A DNA stretch of 15,893 nt, taken from contig JAEOTE010000158.1 in the NCBI GenBank assembly GCA_016839945.1, positions 1 to 15,893 of the forward strand. The letters run 5' to 3'. This DNA comes from Candidatus Heimdallarchaeota archaeon. GTDB lineage: Archaea > Asgardarchaeota > Heimdallarchaeia > Heimdallarchaeales > Heimdallarchaeaceae. Within the stretch, counting starts at the first letter, position 1. Each line of letters begins with the position of its first letter. The position numbers and the translations under genes are program-made. Below are positions 7,643 to 15,677 of the stretch, piece by piece. The notes below the pieces were generated by a model that worked only from the letters and a program-made list of their open reading frames with translations, did not search any database and was not told the DNA's origin.

Positions 7643-9019
7643 ATGAAGTACTTTTTGATGAACCAGCAAGAAGCAGAAGAAGTTTTAGCTGAAAAATCTT
7701 TAACTATTGCTGTTATAGGTCAAGGAAGAATGGGTTTACCAATCAGTGTAGTATTTTTAGAAGCTGGATATAAAGTAATAGGAGTGGATGTAAATCCTTT
7801 ACTAGTTGAAAAAGCTACTAAAGGTGAAATTCAACTCGTTGGTGAACCAGGTGTTGAGGAAGGAATAAAAAAAGGTGTAACAGAAGGTCGCTATTTTTGT
7901 ACTCTATCCCATGAAGATGCAATAAAACAAGCTGATATTATCATAATAATCATACCTTTGATTGTAGATGAAGACAAAAAGCCAGACTTGACACCTTTAA
8001 CAAATTTAATGGATCAGATTGGTTCAGTTTTAGAGAAAGGTCAAATAGTAATAACAGAAACAACACTGCCAATTGGAACATCTGAAGAAATTTTTAAACC
8101 AATTCTTGAAGAAAAGTCAGGATTAACAGCAGGTAATGATTTTGGTCTTGGATTTTCACCAGAACGAACCTATAGTGGAAGAGTCATAGAAGATGTAACA
8201 GTTAGGTACCCCAAAATTGTTGGAGGTATAAACCGAAAAAGTACTGAAAGAATGGCTATGTTTTACGAAACCTTTGTACAGAAAGGAACAATTAAGATGA
8301 GTTCAGCAAAAGCTGCTGAAGCAGTTAAAGTGTTCAAAGGTGTTTATAGAGACATCAACATAGCAATAGCAAATGAATTTGCGAAGCTCTCAGAAGGTAT
8401 GAAACTTAATTTCTATGAAATTAGAGATGCAGTAAATTCAGAACCATTTGGTAATATAATGCTTCCAGGAGCAGGAGTAGGTGGCCACTGCATTCCCGTT
8501 TATCCACATTTCTTAATTGAAAATGCTAGTAAAATTGGTCTAGATCTTAATCTTGTTAAAACTGGAAGAGTAACTAATGCATCTATGGCTAAGCATGTTA
8601 TTGAAAAAGCTGAAAAAGGTTTAGCCTTATTCCATAGAAAACTCTCAGATTCAAAAATAGTAATTTTAGGATTAGCATACAGGGGAAATGTTAAGGAACA
8701 TCGTTATTCTCCAAGTCTTGAAATTATTAAGCTACTAAAGAAAATAAAAGCAAATGTAATCCTAAATGATCCTTTCTATGAGGAGGAAGAAATTGAAAAG
8801 GAAATCGGGATTAAATTCCAAAAAGATACTAAAACTTCTTTGGAAAAAGCTGATTGTATTATTATACTCACAGATCATGATGAATACAAGAACATGTCTC
8901 TTGAAGAGGTTGATCAGCTTGCTAGAAAACCTTACGTGATAGTAGATACTAGAAATATCTGGAAGAAAGATAAACAAGAATTTACTGAAAATAGATTATT
9001 ATTGAAGATTGGAATCTAG
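7643..9019 (+). CDS. Nucleotide-sugar 6-dehydrogenase (UDP-ManNAc/UDP-GlcNAc dehydrogenase, WecC/WbpA-like)
   Basis: Rossmann motif VIGQGRMGLP, ETTLPIGT, FSPER, AEAVK...YRDINIAIANE, catalytic Cys in GVGGHCIP, ILGLAYRGNV..HRYSP, TDH and VDTRN. Exact substrate is not determinable. Start is 7643 or 7658. Confidence 0.92.
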   Translation: MKYFLMNQQEAEEVLAEKSLTIAVIGQGRMGLPISVVFLEAGYKVIGVDVNPLLVEKATKGEIQLVGEPGVEEGIKKGVTEGRYFCTLSHEDAIKQADIIIIIIPLIVDEDKKPDLTPLTNLMDQIGSVLEKGQIVITETTLPIGTSEEIFKPILEEKSGLTAGNDFGLGFSPERTYSGRVIEDVTVRYPKIVGGINRKSTERMAMFYETFVQKGTIKMSSAKAAEAVKVFKGVYRDINIAIANEFAKLSEGMKLNFYEIRDAVNSEPFGNIMLPGAGVGGHCIPVYPHFLIENASKIGLDLNLVKTGRVTNASMAKHVIEKAEKGLALFHRKLSDSKIVILGLAYRGNVKEHRYSPSLEIIKLLKKIKANVILNDPFYEEEEIEKEIGIKFQKDTKTSLEKADCIIILTDHDEYKNMSLEEVDQLARKPYVIVDTRNIWKKDKQEFTENRLLLKIGI

Positions 9020-9027
9020 TGCTAGTT

Positions 9028-10161
9028 CTAGAGCATTCTATTACTTGAAATAGAAAGGTTTCCACTATTGTATCTTGATAATATTTCTTTGACAATTTTT
9101 TCGCTACTTAAACCATCACCATAAGGATTTTTCCAGTCCATTTTTTCATATTTAATAATGTTCGAACGGATGTCATTTACTCCATTAACTATGAGATTTT
9201 CATCAGCTCCAACTAGTTTATTTACCCCCAACTCAATTGTTTCTATCCATTCAGTATTATCTCTCAAAGTTAAACAAGGGACTTCTAAAGTCAGAGCTTC
9301 TTTCTGTATTCCACCACTATCTGTTAAAATTATTTGAGCATGTTTCTCAAGTTTTATGAAATCAAGATATCCAACTGGATCTATTGTGATTATTTTTTCA
9401 TTGGTTAGATGCGATTGAAGATTGAACTTTTCCACCATTTTTCTTGTTCGTGGATGCATAGGAAAAACTACAATCTCCCCTATTTGATTGAGACTTGTCA
9501 AAATACTTTCCAACCTTTCTTTAGTATCAACATTTTCTTGTCTATGTAAAGTAAGTAGAAGATAATCTTTTTTCTTTACACCTAAATCATTTAATATTGA
9601 ACTAATTTTTGCTGCTCTTTCACTATTTCTTAGGATTGCATCTACCATAGTATCTCCTGTTTGAAATATCCAAGATTCTTTGATTCCTTCATCTAAAAGA
9701 TTGTTAGTGGCTGTTTGTGATGTTGTAATTAGCATTCTACTCAAATGATCTGTTAGACGTCTATTGATTTCTTCAGGCATTCTATAATCATAACTTCTTA
9801 ATCCTGATTCAAGGTGTATAACAGGTATCTGGAGTTTGCTAGCACTTAATCCACCGGCTAAAGTGGAATTTGTGTCTCCAGGTACTAAGACTCCATCTGG
9901 TTTTTCCTTTAAAAGAATCTCTTCGATTCCAGTTATCATTTTACTTATTTGTTCTCCATGCTTTGTAGATTTTATTTGAAGATTAATATCGGGTGCTTCC
10001 AAACCTAATTCTTTGAAAAACACTTCTGACATATATGAATCATAGTGTTGTCCTGTGTGTAAATGGTAGTAATCAATCTCACTAATTTTTTGTAGATCTT
10101 GCAGAATCGGTGATAATTTAATAAATTGAGGTCTTGCTCCAGAGATAATGAAGAGTTTCAT
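9028..10161 (-). CDS. wecB: UDP-N-acetylglucosamine 2-epimerase (non-hydrolysing)
   Basis: Motifs GARPQFIK, HTGQHYD, VPGDTNSTLAG, HLESGLRS.D..MPEEINR, TLHRQEN, PMHPRT, TDSGGIQKEA, RDNTEW and NPYGDG. The ATG at 10161 is preceded by a GGGGAG SD-like sequence. Confidence 0.95.
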   Translation of the reverse strand: MKLFIISGARPQFIKLSPILQDLQKISEIDYYHLHTGQHYDSYMSEVFFKELGLEAPDINLQIKSTKHGEQISKMITGIEEILLKEKPDGVLVPGDTNSTLAGGLSASKLQIPVIHLESGLRSYDYRMPEEINRRLTDHLSRMLITTSQTATNNLLDEGIKESWIFQTGDTMVDAILRNSERAAKISSILNDLGVKKKDYLLLTLHRQENVDTKERLESILTSLNQIGEIVVFPMHPRTRKMVEKFNLQSHLTNEKIITIDPVGYLDFIKLEKHAQIILTDSGGIQKEALTLEVPCLTLRDNTEWIETIELGVNKLVGADENLIVNGVNDIRSNIIKYEKMDWKNPYGDGLSSEKIVKEILSRYNSGNLSISSNRML

Positions 10162-10212
10162 CAATAAATTCTCCCCTATTGCCTTTTTCAAGTTTGTTAT
10201 TTCTTTTTAAGA

Positions 10213-11460
10213 TTATTTGTTTCCTATTTTTTCCTTCAGAATATCAGTATAAACTTTAGCTTGGTTCTCCCTGCTGAAGTTCTTTAATATCTCCAAGTCA
10301 CAACCATATTTCAGTTTATTCTCTTTCCAATCTTGGTAAATGGTTGAGAGTTTCTTGCTTATTTCACTAGGATTGTCATTAGTTAAATCATAGATTTGTT
10401 TAGTTTTATCGCACATTTGAGTTGGAGATCCTTGGTTACCAATAAATAAAATATGAGAATTAGTAATCATATAATCAAATAGTTTAGTGGGAAGTGCATA
10501 TTCTCCTTTTTCGGGAATCATCAAAGGCAAGATGTGTGTTTTTTGAAGAATTTTGTAATACTCCTTTTTATCATGAATAAAACCTAGATCCTTAAAATAC
10601 TCATGAGTATTAGTAGCTTCTAACATTCTAATAATATAATTTCTTGAGGTCATTCCTGCATAGTTTATTTGAATATCTTTTTCTGTCAATCCTTCTTTAT
10701 TTACAAAATCGTAAAATCCTTTTAGAAAGTTAGTAAAAGGTTTTCTTCTCAATATGTATAAACTACCTACATAAGTAATTGTGAAAGATTTGTTTTTTTC
10801 TTCTTGTTCAAATTTAGGAATTTTTTCATGAAAAAAACCATTGTAAACTACATCAATTTCTGACACAGGTTTCTCAATATTATGAGCTATCAATTTTGCA
10901 CATTCCTCACTAACTGTAACAATAGATGATGCTTGATTAATAATTTCTAATTCTTTCTTTCTATATCTTCTTTCAGTGAGCTTATTTGGATATTTTATGT
11001 AAGGACTACCATTCCAAGGATCTCTGTAATCTAGTATTAGAGGAATGTTATATTTTTTTGAGAGATTATTTGCTGTTACAAATGCTGTAAAAATTGGAGC
11101 AGAAACGAGTATACAATCAATTTTATGTTCTTTTATTGCTTTTTCTCCTTGTTTGAAAGCTCTCTTAATCCAAGGAAAGCGAGTATCCGGAAAGAACAAC
11201 ATTTTATCAATTTTTAGCAATTCTAATAGAGCTAAGATTTTTGTTTTATATCCCCATTCTCTTAATCTAGGTTGCTTAGCAACATATAATGCAGATATAT
11301 CTATTTCCTTCTTCAATTGGTTTTCATTTAAATCTTCTTTACTTGTAAGCAAAACAACCTCTATTCCATTTTTAGGAAAATACTTGCAGAAGCTGTAAGC
11401 TCTTTCTCCTCCTGGATGTGTTTCCGGAGGAAAAAAATATGTAATTAACAAAATTTTCAT
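10213..11460 (-). CDS. Glycosyltransferase family 4 (GT-B, WbuB-like)
   Basis: N-terminus MKILLITYFFPP...GG.R, then DYRDPW, VVYNGF, ITYVGSLY and LPTKLFDYM. The start at 11460 fits the family N-terminus better than 11496. Confidence 0.88.
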   Translation of the reverse strand: MKILLITYFFPPETHPGGERAYSFCKYFPKNGIEVVLLTSKEDLNENQLKKEIDISALYVAKQPRLREWGYKTKILALLELLKIDKMLFFPDTRFPWIKRAFKQGEKAIKEHKIDCILVSAPIFTAFVTANNLSKKYNIPLILDYRDPWNGSPYIKYPNKLTERRYRKKELEIINQASSIVTVSEECAKLIAHNIEKPVSEIDVVYNGFFHEKIPKFEQEEKNKSFTITYVGSLYILRRKPFTNFLKGFYDFVNKEGLTEKDIQINYAGMTSRNYIIRMLEATNTHEYFKDLGFIHDKKEYYKILQKTHILPLMIPEKGEYALPTKLFDYMITNSHILFIGNQGSPTQMCDKTKQIYDLTNDNPSEISKKLSTIYQDWKENKLKYGCDLEILKNFSRENQAKVYTDILKEKIGNK

Positions 11461-11523
11461 TTGTTTTCCTTCAACTCTTTTAGTAAATAGAAACATTAGT
11501 TATTTTATATCTTTTTTCTACAA

Positions 11524-11536
11524 ACTTAATATAAGT
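11524..11536 (+). promoter_or_regulatory. Putative TATA box within a near-palindrome in the GT4 / methyltransferase divergent region
   Basis: ACTTA-ATA-TAAGT contains TTAATATA, about 23-30 nt upstream of the GTG at 11556. Confidence 0.35.
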
Positions 11537-11555
11537 CTTGAAATTACTTTAAATT

Positions 11556-12353
11556 GTGAAACTTGAACCAGCTGAAATAATAGAAGCTAAGTACTTCACT
11601 CTTCCTTTCTCACAATTATTAGAAAAATATCCTTTTCTTAATTCCTTATTAATTTCAGTAGATCCATTAAAATTTGACCTGGGGGATCCACTTGTTCTTT
11701 CGCTTTTAAACAAATATTTATACAAAGAAGTTGTTGGTCTTGAGATTTCTATTCCTCAAAATCACCTTATTCCTTCACTTGGTATAAGATATGCTTATTG
11801 CGAATACATGAATTCTTTGTTAAAATCTAATTACCCAGTTATAGAAATTGGTACCGGATCCAATGCTGTAATTTCAATGATTTTAGCTAAAGTATACAAA
11901 AAGATTGTTTTAGCTACTGAAGTAGAAAAGAAATCATATCAATCAGCTAGAGAAAATATAGAAAAAAATCATCTAAACAATTCTATAAAAATGATTCAAT
12001 CAAAAGGAGAAATTATTCATAATTTAATTCCCAAAGGTAGATATTCTGGACTATTGTGTTTTCCACCTATCTATAGAGATGATTTAACAATCCTTTCTAA
12101 GAAAAGAGGTTGGAAAGGATCACAGTCTGAATTAATAGGTGGTGGAAAGAAAGGAATGGATTTTTCGTTAAAATTGCTAGAAGAAGCTCTGGAAACCAAG
12201 GATGTAAAAATAGATATAATTTCCCTTATGATTTTGAATAGAAATCAGTTGAATTTAATCCAAAAAAAATTACCAAAAGATAGAGATACACATTTTATTC
12301 AGATAAATGCAGGTACAAGAAAAAGATATGTAGTAATTATAGAAAACAAATAA
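11556..12353 (+). CDS. RlmF/METTL16-related class I SAM-dependent RNA methyltransferase
   Basis: Family N-terminus (DLGDP...LNK.L...GLEISIP..HLIP...R..Y), motif I IEIGTGS, ATEV...SARENI and EL.GGG. The motif IV position reads CFPPIY instead of CNPPF. Confidence 0.78.
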   Translation: MKLEPAEIIEAKYFTLPFSQLLEKYPFLNSLLISVDPLKFDLGDPLVLSLLNKYLYKEVVGLEISIPQNHLIPSLGIRYAYCEYMNSLLKSNYPVIEIGTGSNAVISMILAKVYKKIVLATEVEKKSYQSARENIEKNHLNNSIKMIQSKGEIIHNLIPKGRYSGLLCFPPIYRDDLTILSKKRGWKGSQSELIGGGKKGMDFSLKLLEEALETKDVKIDIISLMILNRNQLNLIQKKLPKDRDTHFIQINAGTRKRYVVIIENK

Positions 12354-12354
12354 C

Positions 12355-13608
12355 CTATTTCTTCTTTATTTCAGTTCCAGGAAATATGAAAAGTACTGCT
12401 AGTGTAATAAGAATCGTGTAAAATATCACAACATAGCTCCATGCTAGAATTGAGTAAACGGGAAATCTAAATATTCCATTAACAAGGTAGTTTGCAACTA
12501 ATCCATAGAACGACCCAATTATGAATATTGTAATGCTTATCCATCTAATCAAACCTTTTTCAAAAAAAGTAACAAAAATAAAAGGGAAAATTAACACGAT
12601 ATATGATAATTGGAATTTTTGATACAATACTAAATATGTTATCAGCAAAACAGCTGTTTGGTGATATATCCATTTTTCTCTTCTAATGAATAAGACTAAA
12701 CCTATTAAACATACCATTGTTGCAGTTAAAATCTGAAATAAAATGGTTTGTTGCTCCAAATCAATTGTGAAATAGCTCTGTATTATTGTTAAAATTCCCT
12801 GATTTCCTGGAGCTTGTATTGGATCTTTTAGAAATAAGAAAAATGTATCAGGAGCAACCAGGTAAAACGGTAAAATAGAGGATATGACAATTATAAAAAA
12901 TATCAAGGTTTGGATTATTCTTTCTTTCCAATTCTTACTATATATCCAAATTATGGGTGCTATAAAAATCGGAAAATATTTTAAACCAACACCTAATCCA
13001 ATAAAAAATGTACCCAATGTTTTATTTCCTCTTTCATATAGATAGATAGGTAAAAGAATTAATAACGGTAAAATACATTCATCTGATCCCCAAAAAGTAA
13101 CTAAATTCAAGAAAAAAGGATTTATGCTGTAAATTAATGCAATGGGGAACGCATATTTGTTCTTCCTTTTTAATTCCAGTCTATACAGAAGCACAGCTGA
13201 GAGGATTATTGCAAGCACAAAGAATATTCTAAATACATAAGATGATAACATCATACTACTTGAATTCCCAAAATTTTCATATTTCACAAAAGAACTTGAA
13301 AAATCGTTTGCTCCAATCATGGATATAAAAATTAATGGACTCCAAAGATAAGGACTCAAAGGTGCAGCATCTGTAAAGATATCCTTGAAAGGAATTAAAC
13401 CAAATAAAATTCCTTTACCTCTGTTGTAAAGAACAACTTGATCTGCGATAATAATCCCAAAATCAGGATTGATAAAATTAACATAGACGAAATGGACTAT
13501 TAGAGCTATAAGATAGACTATTACCGGAATCAAAATCAACCAAATTTCTTTTCTTACAAGAAACACTTTTTTCTTATCTTTTAGCTCTGAAGATTTTCCT
13601 ATTGTCAT
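12355..13608 (-). CDS. Polytopic GT-C-fold glycosyltransferase (GT87/DUF2029/PIG-M-like)
   Basis: About 10-11 TM segments. First external loop AD...Y...G.IPFKD.....PL, then INPF...WGSDE and G.G.GLKYFPI, a pattern typical of lipid-P-sugar-dependent transferases. The start at ATG 13608 avoids overlap with the divergent gene. Confidence 0.7.
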   Translation of the reverse strand: MTIGKSSELKDKKKVFLVRKEIWLILIPVIVYLIALIVHFVYVNFINPDFGIIIADQVVLYNRGKGILFGLIPFKDIFTDAAPLSPYLWSPLIFISMIGANDFSSSFVKYENFGNSSSMMLSSYVFRIFFVLAIILSAVLLYRLELKRKNKYAFPIALIYSINPFFLNLVTFWGSDECILPLLILLPIYLYERGNKTLGTFFIGLGVGLKYFPIFIAPIIWIYSKNWKERIIQTLIFFIIVISSILPFYLVAPDTFFLFLKDPIQAPGNQGILTIIQSYFTIDLEQQTILFQILTATMVCLIGLVLFIRREKWIYHQTAVLLITYLVLYQKFQLSYIVLIFPFIFVTFFEKGLIRWISITIFIIGSFYGLVANYLVNGIFRFPVYSILAWSYVVIFYTILITLAVLFIFPGTEIKKK

Positions 13609-13675
13609 TTTGCATCTTTTTTCGGTTTTAAGGGAAAAACTCAAATGCTCATATTTCTATTCTTTTCTGCTAGAA

Positions 13676-15637
13676 ATGAGCTCTGAAACTGAATCCTTTA
13701 GTATACGTTCCTCTTTCCCAAAATGGTTCCCACTTATATCAACATTACTGTTAGCAGGTGTAACCTATGGTGTTCAAAGAACAGCTTTATCCTTATATGC
13801 AGAAAATCTTGCTAGCTATAGTTTGTTTCAATCTGGTAATAGTCTTACAGATTTCCTTATCTTTCTACAAATAGCTTCAACCATAATTGCTTACGGTCTT
13901 TTTAAAGGCATTAGTGGTTTCTTTAGTGCAAGCATAAGCAAAAGATACAAAAGAAAAAATACCATGAGAATTGGATTAACACTTCTTGTTGTTGGATCTA
14001 TTTCATTAGCTTTTGGTAAATGGTTATGGGCATTAATATTGGGGAATATATTTATTGGATCAGGTCTTGGTTTCTTCTTTACATCCTCAATGTCTGCTTT
14101 AACTGAAATAGCAGGAGCTGAGGGTAGTGCTTTCAGTGTAGGAAGCATGGAATTTTCTGTCTATTTAGGTTCAAGTGTTGGAGCGTTCTTTGCAGGTCTT
14201 ATAGGAGAAAACCAAAATTTCTCAACAAGCTTTATCTTTGCACTCATTGTAGCTGGAGTAGCAGTTTTGATGGGTTATTTATTACTAAGAAAAGTTGAAA
14301 CAGCTGAATTAATAAAAGGAACAAAAGAAGAAATTCTTCTTGATTCTACAAGAGTGGAAACGAGATGGAGTTTCAGAAATATCTTTCGAACACCAACACT
14401 TATACTCTCTTACTTCGCAGGTCATTTCTCAAGAATAATGGATAGTCTTATCGTATTAATACTCCCTATTATGCTTAGTTCAGTATATGGTTTTAATACT
14501 ACAAGAGTAGGACTTGTAACATCTGGGTTCACATTAGCGTGGGCAATATCAATGCCGATAATGGGAAAACTAAGTGATAGATTTGGAAGGAAAGAAGCAA
14601 TATTTGTAGGACTTGTAATTGAGGGTGTTAGCTTGATTTTACTAACTTTTGTAGAAACCTTCGCCCTTGTTTTCACTTTAGCTATTTTAGCAGGAATTGG
14701 AACATCTGCTTATTATCCAAGTCTCCCTTCAATCACTAGAGATGTTGTACCAATTGTAAAAAGAGAAAAAAGTTTAGGAATTTATAGAGCATCACTTGAT
14801 TCGGGATATTTTACAGGTCCTTTAATTGCTATAGGTTTAGTATATGCAGCTTCAAACCTAACTTTATGGGGATCTTCATCCCAAGCTCAACTGGGAAATA
14901 TGTTGAAGTTCCCATTCCTTATAATTGGAGGGATATTGTGCTTATTATCAATTCTCTTCATCTTTTTAGCTATGGAGACTCGACCTGGTTGGATTCAAGC
15001 TGCTCAATCCATTAAACATGCTAAGAAAGTAAGAGAAGTTTTTCTCAAACTTGAGAAAGCTTATTCAGCTTTCTTGAAAGGAGACAAAATGGAAAGATGT
15101 ACAGATCTAATGTTAGAAGCAAAGCAAATGGAGAGAGAAGCTGATTCCTTAGTTTTTGAAGTGACACAAGTATTATATTCAGGAGTAAGACCTGCTCCAG
15201 ATGACTATCACTTTAACAAAATTACAACTATACTTGATTCATCTATTGGTCACTGTTTACGATCTCTTCGCAAACTTTTCTTAGTTCCAAGAGACAAATT
15301 ACCAGATAATTTCATTGAATATCTCAAGAAAGAGTGTAAGCTATTAGTTAAATTAATCACAAAAGCTGTTGAAGTTCTAGAAGTTGTGTGCATTCAACCT
15401 TTGGCATCACACCCAGTCTTTGAAGAAGTGCATAAACTAGAAAATGCTTTAGATACTAACAGTCATGAAGGATTAGCGAATATCATAAGAGATCCAGGAA
15501 AATTAAGCTCTGTTGAAACACTTTTTCTAATACAGATTATTGAAGAATTAGAAATTTCAGCAAATACAATTGAGGATGCTGTAGACGTGATGAAAATACT
15601 AGGGCTTAAACATCAAGTTAGTCCTATAATCATCTAA
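13676..15637 (+). CDS. MFS transporter fused to a C-terminal DUF47/PhoU-like (phosphate transport regulator) domain
   Basis: About 12 TM segments with motif A GKLSDRFGRK (first-half copy degenerate, SKRYKRK) and the end motif MET. Then about 210 soluble helical residues with MEREAD...LD, VHKLENALD and EELE.SAN.IEDAVD. Single open frame. Start ATG 13676 is preferred over TTG 13610. Confidence 0.85.
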   Translation: MSSETESFSIRSSFPKWFPLISTLLLAGVTYGVQRTALSLYAENLASYSLFQSGNSLTDFLIFLQIASTIIAYGLFKGISGFFSASISKRYKRKNTMRIGLTLLVVGSISLAFGKWLWALILGNIFIGSGLGFFFTSSMSALTEIAGAEGSAFSVGSMEFSVYLGSSVGAFFAGLIGENQNFSTSFIFALIVAGVAVLMGYLLLRKVETAELIKGTKEEILLDSTRVETRWSFRNIFRTPTLILSYFAGHFSRIMDSLIVLILPIMLSSVYGFNTTRVGLVTSGFTLAWAISMPIMGKLSDRFGRKEAIFVGLVIEGVSLILLTFVETFALVFTLAILAGIGTSAYYPSLPSITRDVVPIVKREKSLGIYRASLDSGYFTGPLIAIGLVYAASNLTLWGSSSQAQLGNMLKFPFLIIGGILCLLSILFIFLAMETRPGWIQAAQSIKHAKKVREVFLKLEKAYSAFLKGDKMERCTDLMLEAKQMEREADSLVFEVTQVLYSGVRPAPDDYHFNKITTILDSSIGHCLRSLRKLFLVPRDKLPDNFIEYLKKECKLLVKLITKAVEVLEVVCIQPLASHPVFEEVHKLENALDTNSHEGLANIIRDPGKLSSVETLFLIQIIEELEISANTIEDAVDVMKILGLKHQVSPIII

Positions 15638-15649
15638 TCCCGATAAACT

Positions 15650-15664
15650 AAAAAAGGTTTTTTT
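15650..15664 (+). terminator. Possible oligo-T terminator after the MFS-DUF47 gene
   Basis: A6-GG-T7 tract 12 nt after the stop codon. Confidence 0.3.
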
Positions 15665-15677
15665 GCATTGTCTTATA

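Noticed and set aside
9028-10161. Hydrolysing NeuC-type epimerase (sialic acid pathway)
   Set aside because: The motifs GARPQFIK, HTGQHYD, MPEEINR and TDSGG.QKEA match the non-hydrolysing WecB type.
5108-12357. Global TAG or TGA recoding
   Set aside because: TAG ends four genes and TGA one at positions matching full-length proteins, and no gene is interrupted by an in-frame stop.
13610-13644. Apparent head-to-head overlap of the GT-C and MFS ORFs
   Set aside because: Artefact of longest-ORF calling. ATGs at 13608 (-) and 13676 (+) give a normal 67-nt divergent spacer.
521-14676. Short antisense ORFs (521-760, 1514-1732, 4823-5044, 5301-5495, 5670-5861, 6002-6247, 6842-7063, 8762-8977, 11045-11398, 13891-14148, 14422-14676)
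   Set aside because: All lie within or almost within well-supported genes on the opposite strand and show no recognisable motifs.
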